A stretch of DNA of 64,000 bases, taken from positions 2,208,001 through 2,272,000 of the forward strand of contig CBDCOX010000002.1 of NCBI GenBank assembly GCA_965219995.1, written 5' to 3'. The notes under the pieces are model-generated. The model ran no database searches and had not been told where the DNA came from. It was given only the letters and a program-made list of their open reading frames with translations. Source of the stretch: Candidatus Latescibacterota bacterium (GTDB taxonomy: Bacteria > Latescibacterota > UBA2968 > GCA-2709665). Shown piece by piece: positions 40,520-53,119 of this stretch; the first letter of the stretch is position 1, and the number at the start of each line of letters is the position of its first letter. A program made the position numbers and the translations under genes.

Positions 40520-40955
40520 GCCAACTCCTTTTATTATCTTGAATGGGTGTATATTCCCAATCTGAAACCCGCGGATCTCTGTCCGTAACTCGCGTCTATT
40601 TTGTTGTTGTGAGCGTCCTCCCATGTACATTAAGCCCATTCGAAAGCTCTTCGCCAACAACAGCACGAATTCCACCCCAATTTATCGTATATCTGCGCAT
40701 CCTTTACCGCGTCCCACGTGCGCCTTTTCGTCGTGCTTTTGGCATCTCTCCTCCTTCCTCAGATCTTTGGCCCTAAGGCGGCAGCGAAGAGCCTTGTTCC
40801 CCCCGGAGCGTGTGTGATGAAGTGTCGCATTTTGCGACATCTGGGGCATTCTTGCGCCGTGTCCGGCGTCGGCGACGTCAGGCCGCGCCTGGTGATCAAG
40901 TCCGGCCATATGCATACGTGACCGCCCCACCACGCTGCGCCAAGTTCTGCACCGG

Positions 40956-41855
40956 TCACCACCCCTGGCAGTTTGACTTATCGACTTGCCATGACCCGAC
41001 CTCTTCGCCTTGCCGATAGGTTTTGGTTGTGCATGTTTCGTTGTGCATTTCCAGCCACGGACCTTCTCGTTTTCCGTGTGTGTATTTCCCCCTTTCTTTC
41101 ATGTTGCTATATCTCTGAATGACCCAGGGGCCATGCTTCGCGCCTTCAACGTATGCACCCTGCGATACGAGCCCGAATCTGCTACGCTCGACCCAATGCC
41201 CGTGATATTTACCCCTTCGTAGGCGGCCCGATTCTGAATAATTATCGCTGTCGCTGGTCCAGACCAGCGTCCCCTCGCCCCGGGCGACGCGACCTATGCA
41301 TGAGGCGGACCAGGTTACGGAATAGCCCGTGTAATAGTTCACGTCCCAGACGTAACACCCGGGGCGGTTAGCCAGTTCCAGCCAGCACGCAGCACCCCGC
41401 TGTTTTCCTGTACACATGTCTTCAGCAAGGATCTCAGGCACCTGCAATTCCTCCTCCGCCTCGAGCGACAACGCGAGCGCCTCCTTGTAGAACGCGCCCT
41501 CTTTGCCAACTGCCACGAGGTACGTGTGTACCGACGCGAGTGCGATCCGGACTGAATCGGCCGACATGGCGACGCGTGCGTATTTGTAGAGGATCTCGTC
41601 GGGCAGTTTGAGATCGTATTCCTTCTGCATCGCGAAGACCTTATCCATCACCTTGAGCGCGCCTGCATAGTCCTTTCTGGCCTCCAGCTGTTCCGCCTTG
41701 ACCAGATGTCGGTCCGCCATAATCTTCGGGGGAAGCGTTGGCGGGGCGGTGTCGAATGGTTGGGCGGATGAGGGGGTGACAATGCCGATCAGGATTAATT
41801 GGACCAACAGGATTGGCAGGAATAGAAACCTGTACCACTTGATTACTGCTAGCAT
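40956..41855 (-). CDS. Paralog 4 of the same family
   Basis: Signal peptide, LPPKIMADRHLVKAE, CTGK..CWLELANRPGCYVW, 3 repeats, ends NCQGW. Confidence 0.85.
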   Translation of the reverse strand: MLAVIKWYRFLFLPILLVQLILIGIVTPSSAQPFDTAPPTLPPKIMADRHLVKAEQLEARKDYAGALKVMDKVFAMQKEYDLKLPDEILYKYARVAMSADSVRIALASVHTYLVAVGKEGAFYKEALALSLEAEEELQVPEILAEDMCTGKQRGAACWLELANRPGCYVWDVNYYTGYSVTWSASCIGRVARGEGTLVWTSDSDNYSESGRLRRGKYHGHWVERSRFGLVSQGAYVEGAKHGPWVIQRYSNMKERGKYTHGKREGPWLEMHNETCTTKTYRQGEEVGSWQVDKSNCQGW

Positions 41856-42179
41856 GATGTCTGTTCCTCATCTGCCTGATAGAGATCCCGTAACCCACGT
41901 GTCAAAGGATGACTGGTGTGCGCGCATTTCTTGCACTGGTCATGACGGTGCGCTTTACGCGGAGGGCAACACCTGACGGTCAGCATTTGAAACACCGGAT
42001 CCGACAATTCCCTCTGAACCGTTACACGATAACATCCGTTGCCATCGGTCTTTGCTCGGAAACTTCAGCCGTCCTTTTTCCTGGCATCGTCACGGGAGCG
42101 TCATTTGACGGCCTACCGCTCTGTTCATGGACGGAATCGCGATGCTCTCGTTTCGGATTGCGATACGACATCGATTCGG

Positions 42180-43070
42180 CTAGAAATCACACATTGAATC
42201 ACGCACTTTGTTCGAATCACCTACTCGATTGCCACTTCTGAGTATCATAGATCTGCATCTGTTTCCTGGCGCCCTCCATGACGTAAAAACCAACCATCTG
42301 CCCTCTTGTTTCCCTGCCACATATTCTCCACGTTCTTTGTCTCCGTTATCCCACGTCGTGACCCAAACCCCGTGGCGCTTCCCATCCATGAAGGGGCCTT
42401 CCGACGTGTAGCCGCTGCCTCGCCCGACCCACTGACCTTGCTTCTTGCCTTTCTGAAGGTGACCCGTCTGGGAGTACGTTTCGTCGCCTCTTGTCCAGAC
42501 CAGCGTTCCCTTACCGTGTGCGACGCTGCCGTAACGGCCGCCTGACCAAGTCACGGTCTGGTCTTCATAGTAATAATCGTCCCAGATATAGCATTGAGGA
42601 AGGTTGGCCAACTCTTTCCAGCAGACGAAACCTTGTGGCTTGCCGGTGCACGTTTCTTCGACTGCAAACCGCGTTTCTTCGACTCTGATTTGCCTTTCTT
42701 CAGCCTCAATCAATAGCGCCAACGCGTCCTTGTAGAACTTGCCCTCTCTCCCGGTTGCAGCCAGATACCTACCGATCGATTCGATAGCGATCCCGGCTGA
42801 ACCGGCTGACAATGCCATTCGCGCATACTTGTAGTGAAATTCATCCGAAAATTTGAAATTGTGCGCCGTCTGAAGGGCGATGATTTCGTCCATCAATTTG
42901 AGGGCGTCCGCGTATTCCTGCTTTTCATGGTGCAATTCCGCCTTTATCAGTTTCTTGTCGGCCATCATCTCCGGTGACAATTCGAATGAAGCCAACACGG
43001 CGGACATAGAGACCATCACGGAAAATCCGGAGAGAAACAGGACTGAAGTGCTTCCCCTTATTCGCGGCAA
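42180..43070 (-). CDS. Paralog 5 of the same family
   Basis: GGAGGT + TTG; LSPEMMADKKL; Cys domain; 3 repeats; ends SMCDF. Confidence 0.85.
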   Translation of the reverse strand: MPRIRGSTSVLFLSGFSVMVSMSAVLASFELSPEMMADKKLIKAELHHEKQEYADALKLMDEIIALQTAHNFKFSDEFHYKYARMALSAGSAGIAIESIGRYLAATGREGKFYKDALALLIEAEERQIRVEETRFAVEETCTGKPQGFVCWKELANLPQCYIWDDYYYEDQTVTWSGGRYGSVAHGKGTLVWTRGDETYSQTGHLQKGKKQGQWVGRGSGYTSEGPFMDGKRHGVWVTTWDNGDKERGEYVAGKQEGRWLVFTSWRAPGNRCRSMILRSGNRVGDSNKVRDSMCDF

Positions 43071-43096
43071 GATTCACCTCCCTTGAACACATCCAC

Positions 43097-43647
43097 GCGT
43101 GATCATTGCTTGCGTTGAGCCAGTCGAAGTAAGCATGCCTGTATTGAGCTTGCCGATATGTCGAAATGCGCGCGTTCGGACAGCCCGTAAACAAATCGCG
43201 ATCCCTTCGCCGACCCTTCGACCCTTCGACAGGCTCAGGGCAACGCAAGCTCAGGGATCGACTCAGGGCACGGGCAGACAGGAATGTCTGCCCCACCCTC
43301 ACAACGGGTTCGTCAGCGGGACATCCGGGAGAAGGTGTGACGGTTCCATTTCACGTACGATGTTGGATTGACACGTCATTCTATGGGGTCGTGCAGACAC
43401 CCCCCACCGCATCAGCCTTCGCCGACCCTTCGACAAGCTCAGGGAGCGGCTCAGGGCAGGTGAAGCGACAGACGCCCGGACATCAACCGATGCTGCAGTA
43501 GATCCTTCGTCGGCCTGCCTGCCAATGAACCGCCGGCAGGCAGGGCGGCCTCCTCAGGATGACAGTCGTGGCGATTGGCCGGCGTGTCATGCAGAGCGAC
43601 CCGGGCAGACAGGAATGTCTGCTCCACCTTCACAACGGGTTCGTCAG
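43097..43647. repeat. Dense mosaic of REP-like repeats, right flank of the paralog array
   Basis: Composite unit 43097-43172; nested CCCTTCGACAAGCTCAGGG at 43203-43269 and 43416-43457; 46-bp direct repeat with GGCAGACAGGAATGTCTGC hairpin at 43271-43316 and 43602-43647; GATCCTTCG..CTCAGGATGACA at 43500-43565. Confidence 0.88.
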
Positions 43648-43677
43648 TCTATGGGCAATTCACGGACACGACCCGCG

Positions 43678-44442
43678 TTACCTGTTTCGATTATCGGACG
43701 CCATTGTTTCCTGATACGTTCTCGGTGGAATTCCTTCCAGCAGGCGAAAGGCTTCCGTTAAGCGGCTTTGTGTCTTGAAACCGCATTGGGCGGCGATCGC
43801 GTAAAGGGGTTCGTGTCCGGACCTCATCATTTTCTTGGCTTTTTCTACCCGGTGATACGTACGGCGCCGTCGAAACGTGGTCTTGAAGAATTCACGGAAC
43901 AGTTTGGTCACGTAGCCGGGCGAGATCCGAAAGTGCCTGCAAAGGTCGCCTCGGGAAAGCAAAGGGTTGGAAACGTGCTCCTTCAGGTATGCGTCCAGTC
44001 GGCCCGCGAGCACTTGAGGTGGGGAGTACCGGTTCCTGATCGAATCACGGACCGCTGATACGAGGTCGCCGGCGTCAATCGGCTTGCCGAGGACTGCCTG
44101 CGCGCCTTCCTTCACGGCACGCACCGCGAGCTTCTGGTTGTCGTTCTCAGCCAGAAACACCACTTTCGTTGGGATGTGTCTTCGTCGCGCGGCCCCCAAA
44201 ACCTCCGTACGGTTGAGGTTGGGAAGTGCCGTATTCAAGATGGCAACGTCGAAGGACCGGTTGGAGACGGCATCCAGTGCTTCACGAGCGTCCGTGGCGG
44301 TTTCCACCTGCCATGATTCGGAGTGACTCTGAAGAATGTCCCGGACCATGGCGCCGACGGCGGGGTCCGGGTCGGCAACGAGGATCTCTATACGTCGGTC
44401 TGTGGAGAGTTTCTCTACGATCGAGGTCCGCTCGATTGACAT
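43678..44442 (-). CDS. Receiver-like domain + AraC HTH transcription regulator
   Basis: ILVADPD..FDVAILNTALP..LGKP REC fold; RVEKAKKMM..IAAQCGF...SRLTEAFR..GIPP AraC signature. Confidence 0.88.
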   Translation of the reverse strand: MSIERTSIVEKLSTDRRIEILVADPDPAVGAMVRDILQSHSESWQVETATDAREALDAVSNRSFDVAILNTALPNLNRTEVLGAARRRHIPTKVVFLAENDNQKLAVRAVKEGAQAVLGKPIDAGDLVSAVRDSIRNRYSPPQVLAGRLDAYLKEHVSNPLLSRGDLCRHFRISPGYVTKLFREFFKTTFRRRRTYHRVEKAKKMMRSGHEPLYAIAAQCGFKTQSRLTEAFRLLEGIPPRTYQETMASDNRNR

Positions 44443-45034
44443 GTCACACAGGAGTCTCTATATTTGCAGATAGAGAAGGGCGCACTCCGTCTCGCGGTCG
44501 AAAATGGTACACCGGGAAACGCGAAGTCCGTCCCTTCTACGGCAACCGTCGGTTTTCGACTTTAGCGGGTCCGTGAACCGGCGGTTTTTTGCAGTCTGTC
44601 GAGACCTGAACTTTGATCTCGATGCATAATTGCATAAATTATGTTACGTAATATTTAATGCAACCTTATAGTTTTCCGTTTATATCGACTTTTTCCGCAT
44701 ATATACACAAATCTCTACGTTTTTCGCCGAGGCGTCTCAAATAGACGTCCAATATGAAACAAATGCACGGGCCTGTCGCCAATGCGGATCAAGATTGACT
44801 CACTTATCCTGTCTGTCCCGAACAGTCCGTCTGGAGTCCGATTGTCCAATACCCGCAATTGTCCACGGGCTGAGATCGACACCACGCACTTTCCTGTTTT
44901 CCTCCGGTTGCCGGGGACATTTACGCGGCAATCGACGGCGAAACCAGTGCGTTGTGTTCGGCAACCTGCTTTCGTCTGGGAAAAGGCTTCCGCATCTAAC
45001 CGCTCGACGTATCGGGATAAACGATGAGATTAAT

Positions 45035-45051
45035 TGCACAAATTGTGCCAA
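45035..45051 (-). promoter_or_regulatory. Putative sigma-54 promoter / palindromic site between the two regulators
   Basis: Minus strand TTGGCACA-ATTT-GTGCA (GG-N10-GC); contains the inverted repeat GCACAA-A-TTGTGC. Confidence 0.55.
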
Positions 45052-45298
45052 TTCTGTTCCCGAAGCCGGCAGGCCAGAATGTAAAGTATTGTTTTAAATG
45101 GAGAAAAAGACGAATTCGGACGCCGTATTCAGACCATGATCCGGTCCTGGAGTGCCGAAGCGGCCCGGATGGAAGACGCTATATCGTCTATAAGGACGAA
45201 ATATCGTCCTTTGATGTCGGAGAAATCCAACCCCTTGAACGAAAGCCCTCCGATTCACAACGGGTGAATTCCTCTACTACATTTGCAGGAATCTTCCA

Positions 45299-48496
<3,198 letters not shown>

Positions 48497-48580
48497 TTGA
48501 CGCTGACGGTTTGCGGTTTGATTTTGATTCAAGCCGACTGCTGAAAACTGACCGCTGATCGCTGCTTTTCCATTGATCGC

Positions 48581-48609
48581 TTGTCCCGAAACCCGGCGAT
48601 TGATATATT
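48581..48609 (+). promoter_or_regulatory. Sigma-70-type promoter of glnS
   Basis: TTGTCC-N17-TATATT with TG extension. Confidence 0.5.
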
Positions 48610-48689
48610 ATCCTCCTGCTGTGATCCAATTTGTATGCTAATTCCGTTTTTTTGGATGCAATCCCTATCAACCTTGCGAGCTTTTTGCG

Positions 48690-50423
48690 ATGGATATTGC
48701 CGAAAACAGCCCCGATGCAGTTGAGGCCGAAGTCTCCTCCGATTTTATCCGAGACGCGATTCGGGAGGACCTCGCCGCCGGCCGGTACGAGGGCGTGACG
48801 ACCCGCTTTCCTCCGGAGCCGAACGGGCATCTGCACATCGGCCACGCCAAGGCGATCTGTCTCAATTTCTGGGTTGCCGAGGAATTCGGCGGCGTCTGCA
48901 ATCTCCGCTTTGACGACACCGACCCCACCAAGGAAGAGGCCAGCTACGTCGACGGTATCCAACAGGATATCCGGTGGCTGGGGTTCGACTGGGAGGACCG
49001 GCTCTATTTTGCCTCCGACTATTTTGAGCAACTCTACGAACTCGCCCTCAAATTGATCGAAAAGGGCAAAGCCTACGTGTGTGATTTGAGCACCGAAGAG
49101 ACCCGGACATTCCGGGGCACGGTGACCACGCGGGGAAGAGAAAGCCCGTATCGCGACCGGTCCATCGAAGAGAACCTGGACCTGTTCGCGCGGATGAGGG
49201 CCGGTGAATTTCCCGATGGCGCACGAACACTCAGGGCGAAAATCGATATGGCCTCGCCCAACATGAACATGCGCGATCCGGTGATGTTTCGCATCGTCCG
49301 GGCGTCTCACTACCGCCGGGGAGATGCGTGGTGCATCTATCCGATGTACGATTTTACCCACGGGCAGTCGGACTCGATCGAGGGGGTTTCGCATTCCCTG
49401 TGTTCGCAGGAATTCGAAGACCACCGCCCGCTTTATGACTGGTATATCCGGGAGCTAGGTATTTTTCCTTCGCGGCAGATCGAATTCCCTAAGCTTTTTG
49501 TCACGCATACGGTGGTGGGAAAACGGCATCTGCGTCCGTTGATCGAAAGCGGGCTGCTTGCCGGATGGGACGATCCGAGGCTGATCACGCTGGCGGGATT
49601 GCGCCGCAGGGGCGTGCCCCCTGAAGCGATTCGGGATTTCATCCGTCGCGTGGGAATGTCCAAACGGGATACTACCGCGGAGATCGACCTCCTGGAGTTT
49701 CATATCCGGACGTATCTGAATCGGCATGCGCCCCGCGTGATGGGGGTGATCGATCCGTTGAAGGTGGTAATAGAGAACTACCCGGAGGGCAAGGAGGAAT
49801 CCTTTCAGGCGCAGGTGAATCCCGAAGATTCATCCGCCGGGACGCGCACGGTGCCGTTCTCGCGGGAGATCTACATCGAGCGGGACGACTTCATGGAGGA
49901 TCCGCCGCGCAGGTTCCGCCGGCTGGCGCCGGGGCGGGAGGTGCGGCTGCGGGCGGCGTGTTATATCACCTGCACGGACGTGATAAAGGACGTAGAAGGA
50001 GAGATTGTGGAACTGCGGTGTACGTTCGACCCGGAGAGCCGGGGCGGGTCGACGCCGGACGGCCGAAAGGTCCGGGGTACCATCCACTGGGTGTCCGCCG
50101 CGCACGCGGTTGAGGCGGAGGTACGCCTGTACGATCGGCTGTTCAACGCCGAGAATCCGATGGCGGCGGCCGAAGGCGGGGACATCAGCGAAACGGTGAA
50201 CCCGAACTCCCTGGACGTGCGGCGGAACTGTTTTGTGGAGTCCACGGTCAAGGGGGCTGAACCCGGTCGCCGATATCAGTTCGAACGGTTGGGATACTTC
50301 TGCGTGGACCCCGATTCGACGCCCGGAAAGCCTGTCTTCAATCGGACGATCACGCTGCGCGACTCCTGGGCAAGGATGCAGAAACAGAAGGGGAAATCCG
50401 GCAACGCCCGCCGGGGAGGCTGA
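48690..50423 (+). CDS. glnS: Glutamine--tRNA ligase
   Basis: [43 protein letters not shown] and QFERLGYF. Confidence 0.97.
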   Translation: MDIAENSPDAVEAEVSSDFIRDAIREDLAAGRYEGVTTRFPPEPNGHLHIGHAKAICLNFWVAEEFGGVCNLRFDDTDPTKEEASYVDGIQQDIRWLGFDWEDRLYFASDYFEQLYELALKLIEKGKAYVCDLSTEETRTFRGTVTTRGRESPYRDRSIEENLDLFARMRAGEFPDGARTLRAKIDMASPNMNMRDPVMFRIVRASHYRRGDAWCIYPMYDFTHGQSDSIEGVSHSLCSQEFEDHRPLYDWYIRELGIFPSRQIEFPKLFVTHTVVGKRHLRPLIESGLLAGWDDPRLITLAGLRRRGVPPEAIRDFIRRVGMSKRDTTAEIDLLEFHIRTYLNRHAPRVMGVIDPLKVVIENYPEGKEESFQAQVNPEDSSAGTRTVPFSREIYIERDDFMEDPPRRFRRLAPGREVRLRAACYITCTDVIKDVEGEIVELRCTFDPESRGGSTPDGRKVRGTIHWVSAAHAVEAEVRLYDRLFNAENPMAAAEGGDISETVNPNSLDVRRNCFVESTVKGAEPGRRYQFERLGYFCVDPDSTPGKPVFNRTITLRDSWARMQKQKGKSGNARRGG

Positions 50424-50560
50424 GGAGCGGTCAGACGGCCCCGGCCAAATGTACGGCTGAATCGACGGATTTCGAGAACCAAACAACGACGCCCATACGG
50501 AAAACTGTATGGGCGTCGTTGTATCGGACACGATTGGCGAAAGGCAGATATACAGGAACC

Positions 50561-50734
50561 TCATTGCTCGGGCAGCTCACCGTTCTTGTCGAAAGGCGGA
50601 GGCGTTTGGAATCGTGTTCCCTTCGCCTTCTCCTCGGCGATCCATCTCTCGACCTGCTGCTGCATTTCCTGACGGCCCTTTTCCAGGCCTTTCTTCAAAT
50701 TTCTCGCCTTCACCCATTCGGTTATTGCGCCCAT
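50561..50734 (-). CDS. Small orphan RpnS-like protein
   Basis: GGAGG + ATG 50734; MGAITEWVKARNLKKGLEKGRQE..; 57 aa. Confidence 0.5.
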   Translation of the reverse strand: MGAITEWVKARNLKKGLEKGRQEMQQQVERWIAEEKAKGTRFQTPPPFDKNGELPEQ

Positions 50735-50923
50735 TGCGTCAATCGCCTCCACAACAAAAGAGGACCGGTTCCTGCTGTACATTGACCGACCTGATTCACG
50801 TATCCTTCAAAGAACTAATGATATCCAACAGGACCTCATTTTTCAAGCGATTTTTCTCACTGACGATGCGACTTTTTCAAGGCGGAATCCGGTAAAAGGT
50901 GCCTATATAGGCGTCAATCGGCG

Positions 50924-51586
50924 CTAGCGGGCAAACCTCATACCTATAGCGATGGACATGGTTGCGATACCCATCTGACCAGGATGTGGATCGTGGTTGA
51001 GTTCTGCGATGTTGAGACGCAGTTCTGCGAATATTTCCGGAAGACTCTCGGCAATCTCTGCGCCGAATCCCGCCACGCCCTGGAAAACTGGCCCGAACTC
51101 ACGAGTGGAATTTCCCCCGGTGGGTTTCTCCCATAGACCATAGATCCCGACCCCGGCACCAAGATATGGTACGATCTGAGAATCTGGTAGATAACGATAC
51201 CGGATGAATAACAGAACCGTCCTGAGTATCCTCTCGAATTCTACCGCTTTCGCGTTAGCAGTGCGGGCTTCAGTGGACAAAAGCGCACCAGAGACCCGTT
51301 CTTTGTGAAAGTTGAAAGCACCAAGTCCAACGTCTATGGGATCTTCTCTGAAGAATAAGCTGCCGCCGAACACGACACCCGCCTGTGTCCGGTCAAAGTT
51401 GATGTGCCCCGATGATCCTGAATGCGCCAGCATCGGATCCCAATCGTTGACGAGCCCACTGCTCTGGAATGACCGACTGTCACCCGGTATCCCGTATCCG
51501 ATAGTGAAGCCGACACCCAATTCCTGACCGTATCCAGTACCCCGTGATATCACGAGAATGAACACCAAACCGATTGCGAAACGCAT
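50924..51586 (-). CDS. Outer-membrane beta-barrel protein (OmpW/Ail-like, probably 8-stranded)
   Basis: Signal peptide; PYLGAGVG motif; C-terminal strand SIAIGMRF; GGAGG RBS. Confidence 0.75.
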   Translation of the reverse strand: MRFAIGLVFILVISRGTGYGQELGVGFTIGYGIPGDSRSFQSSGLVNDWDPMLAHSGSSGHINFDRTQAGVVFGGSLFFREDPIDVGLGAFNFHKERVSGALLSTEARTANAKAVEFERILRTVLLFIRYRYLPDSQIVPYLGAGVGIYGLWEKPTGGNSTREFGPVFQGVAGFGAEIAESLPEIFAELRLNIAELNHDPHPGQMGIATMSIAIGMRFAR

Positions 51587-51628
51587 CTGGTCCCTCCGTC
51601 TGACGGGAATCCCTCGGCGGTTACACCG

Positions 51629-51644
51629 AGCAAGATCCGGGCCA
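51629..51644 (-). promoter_or_regulatory. Sigma-54 promoter of the beta-barrel gene
   Basis: TGGCCCG-GATC-TTGCT, one mismatch to TGGCACG-N4-TTGCW, 43 bp upstream of the ATG. Confidence 0.75.
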
Positions 51645-51932
51645 TGAAGGATTGCACTCTGGTGTTCTGTTCCTAGATACGAATAGGACTAAGATCTATA
51701 TTCAATATTACCAGTTATTTTTTTCAATTTGACGTAGCTGTTCAGTCGCCGTCGATCGTCGCTTTAACCGGGTACAAACCGCTATTTTCCGCCCGAACTG
51801 TGAATGCGACCCACGCGTGTGGTGATGGATCGACAGTCGCCGCGGTTTAGTTTTGGGTTGTAAATCCACCAGGGGTCGGTTATTGTAAGACGCCGATACC
51901 GGCTTCAGCGCCATCGGATTGAAGGGAAGACG

Positions 51933-52400
51933 ATGTCCGAAAGGCTGTTCAAACTGAAAGTGATGTGCTCACAGTTGCCGGGACTCCGGTTCGTAGACCC
52001 TTACAAACACAAGCCAAAGGTCAAGGAGCCTGTCTATCTCGGAATCCAGCGCGGGACCGACGTGATCGAACAGGTACCCGCCGACCGGCGCCGGGTGGTG
52101 TTCCGTCCGAAGTTCAGGATCGGAAGGAGACCCGACGGGTCCCCCAATTTCCTGGGACCGTTCGCCCAGGGCAGGCCCCGGGACCGGTTCTTCTATCTTT
52201 CCTGGGGCGTGAAGCGCGAACCGGGACAATTCGCGATGTTCCGCCGGTTGAAGATTCGCCTCACTCACCTGGCGTGGCCGCAGATCGATCGCGCGCTAGA
52301 CTTGGATGAACCGATTGTCGTGAGGCTGAAGTTGACAGACGATGACGGCGGCCCGCTCTGCGGAACGCCGGACGATTCGCGGATCAAGTGGGAATTGTGA
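51933..52400 (+). CDS. DUF5990-like protein
   Basis: LGIQRG..GPFAQG....RFFYLSWG..MFRRLKI..LTD..GGP.C pattern. Confidence 0.7.
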   Translation: MSERLFKLKVMCSQLPGLRFVDPYKHKPKVKEPVYLGIQRGTDVIEQVPADRRRVVFRPKFRIGRRPDGSPNFLGPFAQGRPRDRFFYLSWGVKREPGQFAMFRRLKIRLTHLAWPQIDRALDLDEPIVVRLKLTDDDGGPLCGTPDDSRIKWEL

Positions 52401-52420
52401 TCTGCTTGGGAGAAGACAAG

Positions 52421-53086
52421 ATGGCCGTTAAAGCGAAGGAATTGAAATTTCTGGCGACGGAGGAAAAGGGCGAGGTGTCGGCGCTTTACGCGCGGCCGAG
52501 CGGCGTGGATGCGCTGCTGGTGCTGGGCCACGGCGCGGGCACCAATATGCGGCATTCGTTCATGCAGGACCTGAGCGACGCGTTGAACGGCGAGGGCATC
52601 GCCACGTTCCGTTTCAACTATCCCTATTCCGAAAGAGGCGGCGGGATGGACGGAGAGAAGGTACGCCTGGCAACCGTGCGCGCCGCCGTCGCGACCGCAA
52701 TGAAACACGCGAATGGACTCCCGGTCTTCGCCGGCGGGCACTCCATGAGCGGGCGCATGTTATCCATGGCATGCGCGCAAGCGCCGATGGAGGGACTCAT
52801 GGGCATCGTCTTCTTCGCGTTTCCGCTGCATGCGGGCAAGCCGAACGCGGACCGCGCCGGGCATCTGAAGGACGTGCCGGTGCCCATGCTGTTCCTGTCC
52901 GGCCAGCGGGACAAGATGGCGAAAATGGAACTGCTGGAGCCGGTCGTGAGGAAACTGGAACGTGCCACGCTTCACGTTGTGGATACCGCGGATCACGGAT
53001 TCAAGGTACTGAAGCGGCGGAATACCGACGAACCCGTGCTCGAGGAACTGGCCAGGGTGGCCGCAGAGTGGATGCGGAGACCTTGA
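52421..53086 (+). CDS. Alpha/beta hydrolase (KANL3/Tex30-like)
   Basis: HGAG, RFNYPY, GGHSMSGR nucleophile elbow, FPLH, G.RD and ADHGF. Confidence 0.85.
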   Translation: MAVKAKELKFLATEEKGEVSALYARPSGVDALLVLGHGAGTNMRHSFMQDLSDALNGEGIATFRFNYPYSERGGGMDGEKVRLATVRAAVATAMKHANGLPVFAGGHSMSGRMLSMACAQAPMEGLMGIVFFAFPLHAGKPNADRAGHLKDVPVPMLFLSGQRDKMAKMELLEPVVRKLERATLHVVDTADHGFKVLKRRNTDEPVLEELARVAAEWMRRP

Positions 53087-53119
53087 AGAACGCGAAGCCA
53101 CGATAGGAGGGACGTCATA

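Noticed and set aside
36021-43070. Diversity-generating retroelement acting on the variable C-termini
   Set aside because: No reverse transcriptase, no template/variable repeat pair, and differences between copies are not restricted to adenines.
35780-43070. Integron cassette array (co-oriented variable genes)
   Set aside because: No intI gene, and I found no RYYYAAC..GTTRRRY attC palindromes after the stop codons.
43097-43647. CRISPR array
   Set aside because: Repeats are of several families, irregularly spaced and nested; no cas genes are present.
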